Part shown: piece by piece, positions 59,621 to 64,000 of the stretch | Position numbering within the stretch: position 1 is the first letter of the stretch | Layout of the letters: each line of letters starts with the position of its first letter | Assembly (NCBI RefSeq): GCF_009914755.1 | Contig: NC_060932.1 | Source of the DNA: the human T2T-CHM13v2.0 reference genome, Homo sapiens | Strand: one strand, 5' to 3' | Length of the DNA: 64,000 bases | Program-made: the position numbers and the translations under genes | The notes under the pieces: generated by a model | Told to the model about the DNA's origin: nothing | The model's database searches: none | What the model saw: only the letters and a program-made list of their open reading frames with translations

Positions 59621-61247
59621 CTGTTTGGGGAGGAAGAAAAAAAAACAACTATATTTAGTCCAATTTAGTTTAAAGTTAGTTTGGCCCAATTATTTATGCA
59701 GAAACTCTGTATTAACTAGTTTTTCTGCTCAGTTCTTCACAGCTATCTTCTTCCTTTCTTGCTTCTCTCTGGGTCCCATAGGCCATGGCTCCGGGGGAAG
59801 GGAGGCTATGGATTTGCACTTGTGCTTGGGTGTGAGGTGCCTTGTGTCTGCTGAGGAATGACTGGCACCACCCTATGGCTGGCGTCCCCAGCTGGTGCCC
59901 ACAGCTGACATCTGTGGCTGATGGACTTGTGGTCTATTTCTGCTTTGCTTGCTCAGAGTATGGGGGCCCCTCCATGAAGCCTTGCCTCGTTCCCCACCCC
60001 ACTCTTGCTGGTGAAGACCCTTTTGAGTCTCTCCCATATCTGCGACTTTTGGACCCAGCTGACAACCCTGGAACTGAGGCTGCAGGTCACCTCAGCCTCC
60101 ATCCCAGCAGTCTGTGGCAGGTCTGTGGCTTCTCAGATTGGCATACTGTGGGAGGATGGGGAAACTCAGGTATACACATTTGTCCCTTTCTCAATCTGTA
60201 TGTCCCACTCCACACTCTGAATTATAGGAGGCTCCTGTAATAGTTGTCTCCATCCAAACAAGGGGTGGGTCAAGAGTCCCTGTGTTCTTACTCTGGTCCT
60301 AACATATCCACTGCCCTCCTCACACCATGGGGTTTGAAGACCCAGAGAGGAGATATTCAGCTGGCTGCATTCTTTCCCACTTCTCTGGGCTCTTCACTCC
60401 ATCATTCTCTCTCCACAATCCCTTAGGTCTAGAGGAGGCAAACTTTTCTTTTATGTTCCCTTCTTTTTTCCCTTACATAAAACCATATAATGTATTCCAG
60501 TAGGACCAGTATTGATATATTAAAGGGAACCAGAGTAATTTAGAATATCATCACTCTATAATATTTGCCTTCAAGACCACTGTCTTGCTGTAAGTTCCTA
60601 TTTTGAATGTCAAAACTCCAGTAATAATTTTTCTTTATTTTTTCATTACTTTGCAACAACATTATTTTGTATTGATTAAGAAGCTGATCACGGGAGAAGA
60701 AAAGAGAAATAACGTTAAAAAGAAAAGATAAATAATATTAACATCATTCAGAAATATTCAAAATATTATGTTATCACATGTGTTCTGAGAAAGAAATTGG
60801 ACCACCAGTAGGGGGATAGTGGAAGGAAGAGATGTCCTCCCTGGGCTCCGCCCTCAGTGGGTTGTGCCTCAAGATGGCTAATGCATCTGACTGGTGCTGG
60901 GGCTTTCAAGATAGCAGCTTCTACTCCATCTCCTAGAAAGTGTCTGTCACTGTTTCTTCAGGCTCTAGGCTATGGGGGCCACCTTCTCATGGGATGCTGC
61001 CAAGATCCTGTGACTAAAAATGCAATCATTTTGATATTCTATCCATTCATCAAACATTTCTTGAGCACCTACTAGGTAATATACACTGATGCAAATGCTA
61101 TATGGCACTGAAATGAAGAAGATGAGATAAAATAAATCTTCCAGAAAATATTTTAGCTAAGAATTTGAGCAGCTTGAAGTAGTGAAAGTAGTTGATTTCA
61201 GTTGCCTCTCCGTGGCTTTCTGAATAACAAGAGTTATTTAAGCCTCT

Positions 61248-61720
61248 TCATTTATTCGTTCATTCATCTTTCCTTTCAAGATATGGTTATTGATTATCCG
61301 TTATATGTCAGGTGCTTTGCTAGGTTCTAGGGAAGCTGAGATGATTAAGATATATCTTCTTACTCAAGAAGTTCTAGTTCATAAGGAATATGGGCATTTT
61401 ACTGGCAAGAGTAATGCAGTGTTACATCTGTTCCCTTTACCCTTTGTTGGTGGACTGTGCACAGGTTCATTAAACCACCTGTAGTGAGCACCAGGAAAGG
61501 CATGGTCAATCAATTTTTGGTTGAAGGGGAAGGTGCTCAGGAAGGCTAAATGAAGAAGATGATGACTTAATTGAGACTTCCAACATTCACAGTGTATTCT
61601 TTTTCTGTTTGTTGTTCTCATATAAGCAAGGAAAGATTTCTAGGCAGAGTGAAGAGCAAGAGCAAAGGCCTGAAGGTGATCAGTGCATAAAGTGTCCAGG
61701 AAGCTACAAGCAGATGGAAT
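61248..61720 (-). mobile_element. L2 3' region
   Basis: ttcatttattcgttcattca...tatgtcaggtgctttgctaggttctaggg...ttctaggcagag...gcaaaggcctgaagg. Confidence 0.7.
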
Positions 61721-61843
61721 GAGTATAGAAGGAGGCAGGGGACAGAAAGAGGTGGAGACCAGCTCCTTTTGCACATGCCAGACAGTGGGGACAGGGGCCA
61801 TTTCTGGGTGGAAACTTTCCTGGTTCTTTTCACATCATACCCC

Positions 61844-63773
<1,930 letters not shown>

Positions 63774-64000
63774 ACCCCAGAGAAAACCATCAGCTTATAA
63801 AGTCAATCACTAACCAGCACTTCAAAGGAAGGCCACATGCAAAGGGCTGGAGAGAAGGGAGAACTGATACTCTTGTTGTGGACAATCTGGTCTCATAATT
63901 TGGAAAAATCTGCCGGTGGCACCTGCTCCTTTTGTTACATCACTGATTCCATATCCCCAGTACCCAGAAATTTCAACACAACCATCTCCCTGGAGTGATA

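Noticed and set aside
59066-60240. 112-aa and 132-aa ORFs
   Set aside because: No recognisable homology or coherent exon structure; length compatible with chance

Overview
Primate, very probably human, genomic DNA (an AluYa5-lineage element is present). It is AT-rich and dominated by interspersed repeats: 19 Alu copies or fragments plus a FAM monomer, two young 5'-truncated L1PA elements (one with a twin-priming inversion), a nested block of old L1M elements at 45.5-52.5 kb, L2/MIR/L3 relics, MER3, MER5A, MER44 (Tigger7), MADE1 (Hsmar1 MITE), MLT1 LTRs and an internally deleted THE1A provirus. No cellular protein-coding gene can be identified; the long ORFs are L1 ORF2 or THE1-internal remnants. 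Several short minus-strand candidate exons with good splice signals (59544-59620, 12847-12919, 861-933), together with the mostly plus-strand L1/LTR orientation, suggest the window is intronic or 5'-UTR territory of a minus-strand transcript that I cannot name. I found no convincing new multi-gene system. The most interesting signals are DNA-repair and retrotransposition scars: a locally templated insertion inside an AluJ, a scrambled MADE1 pair, a duplication-plus-hairpin scar, a reused Alu target site and a chimeric L1 ORF. Repeat subfamily names come from recalled consensus features, and boundaries of old repeats are approximate.
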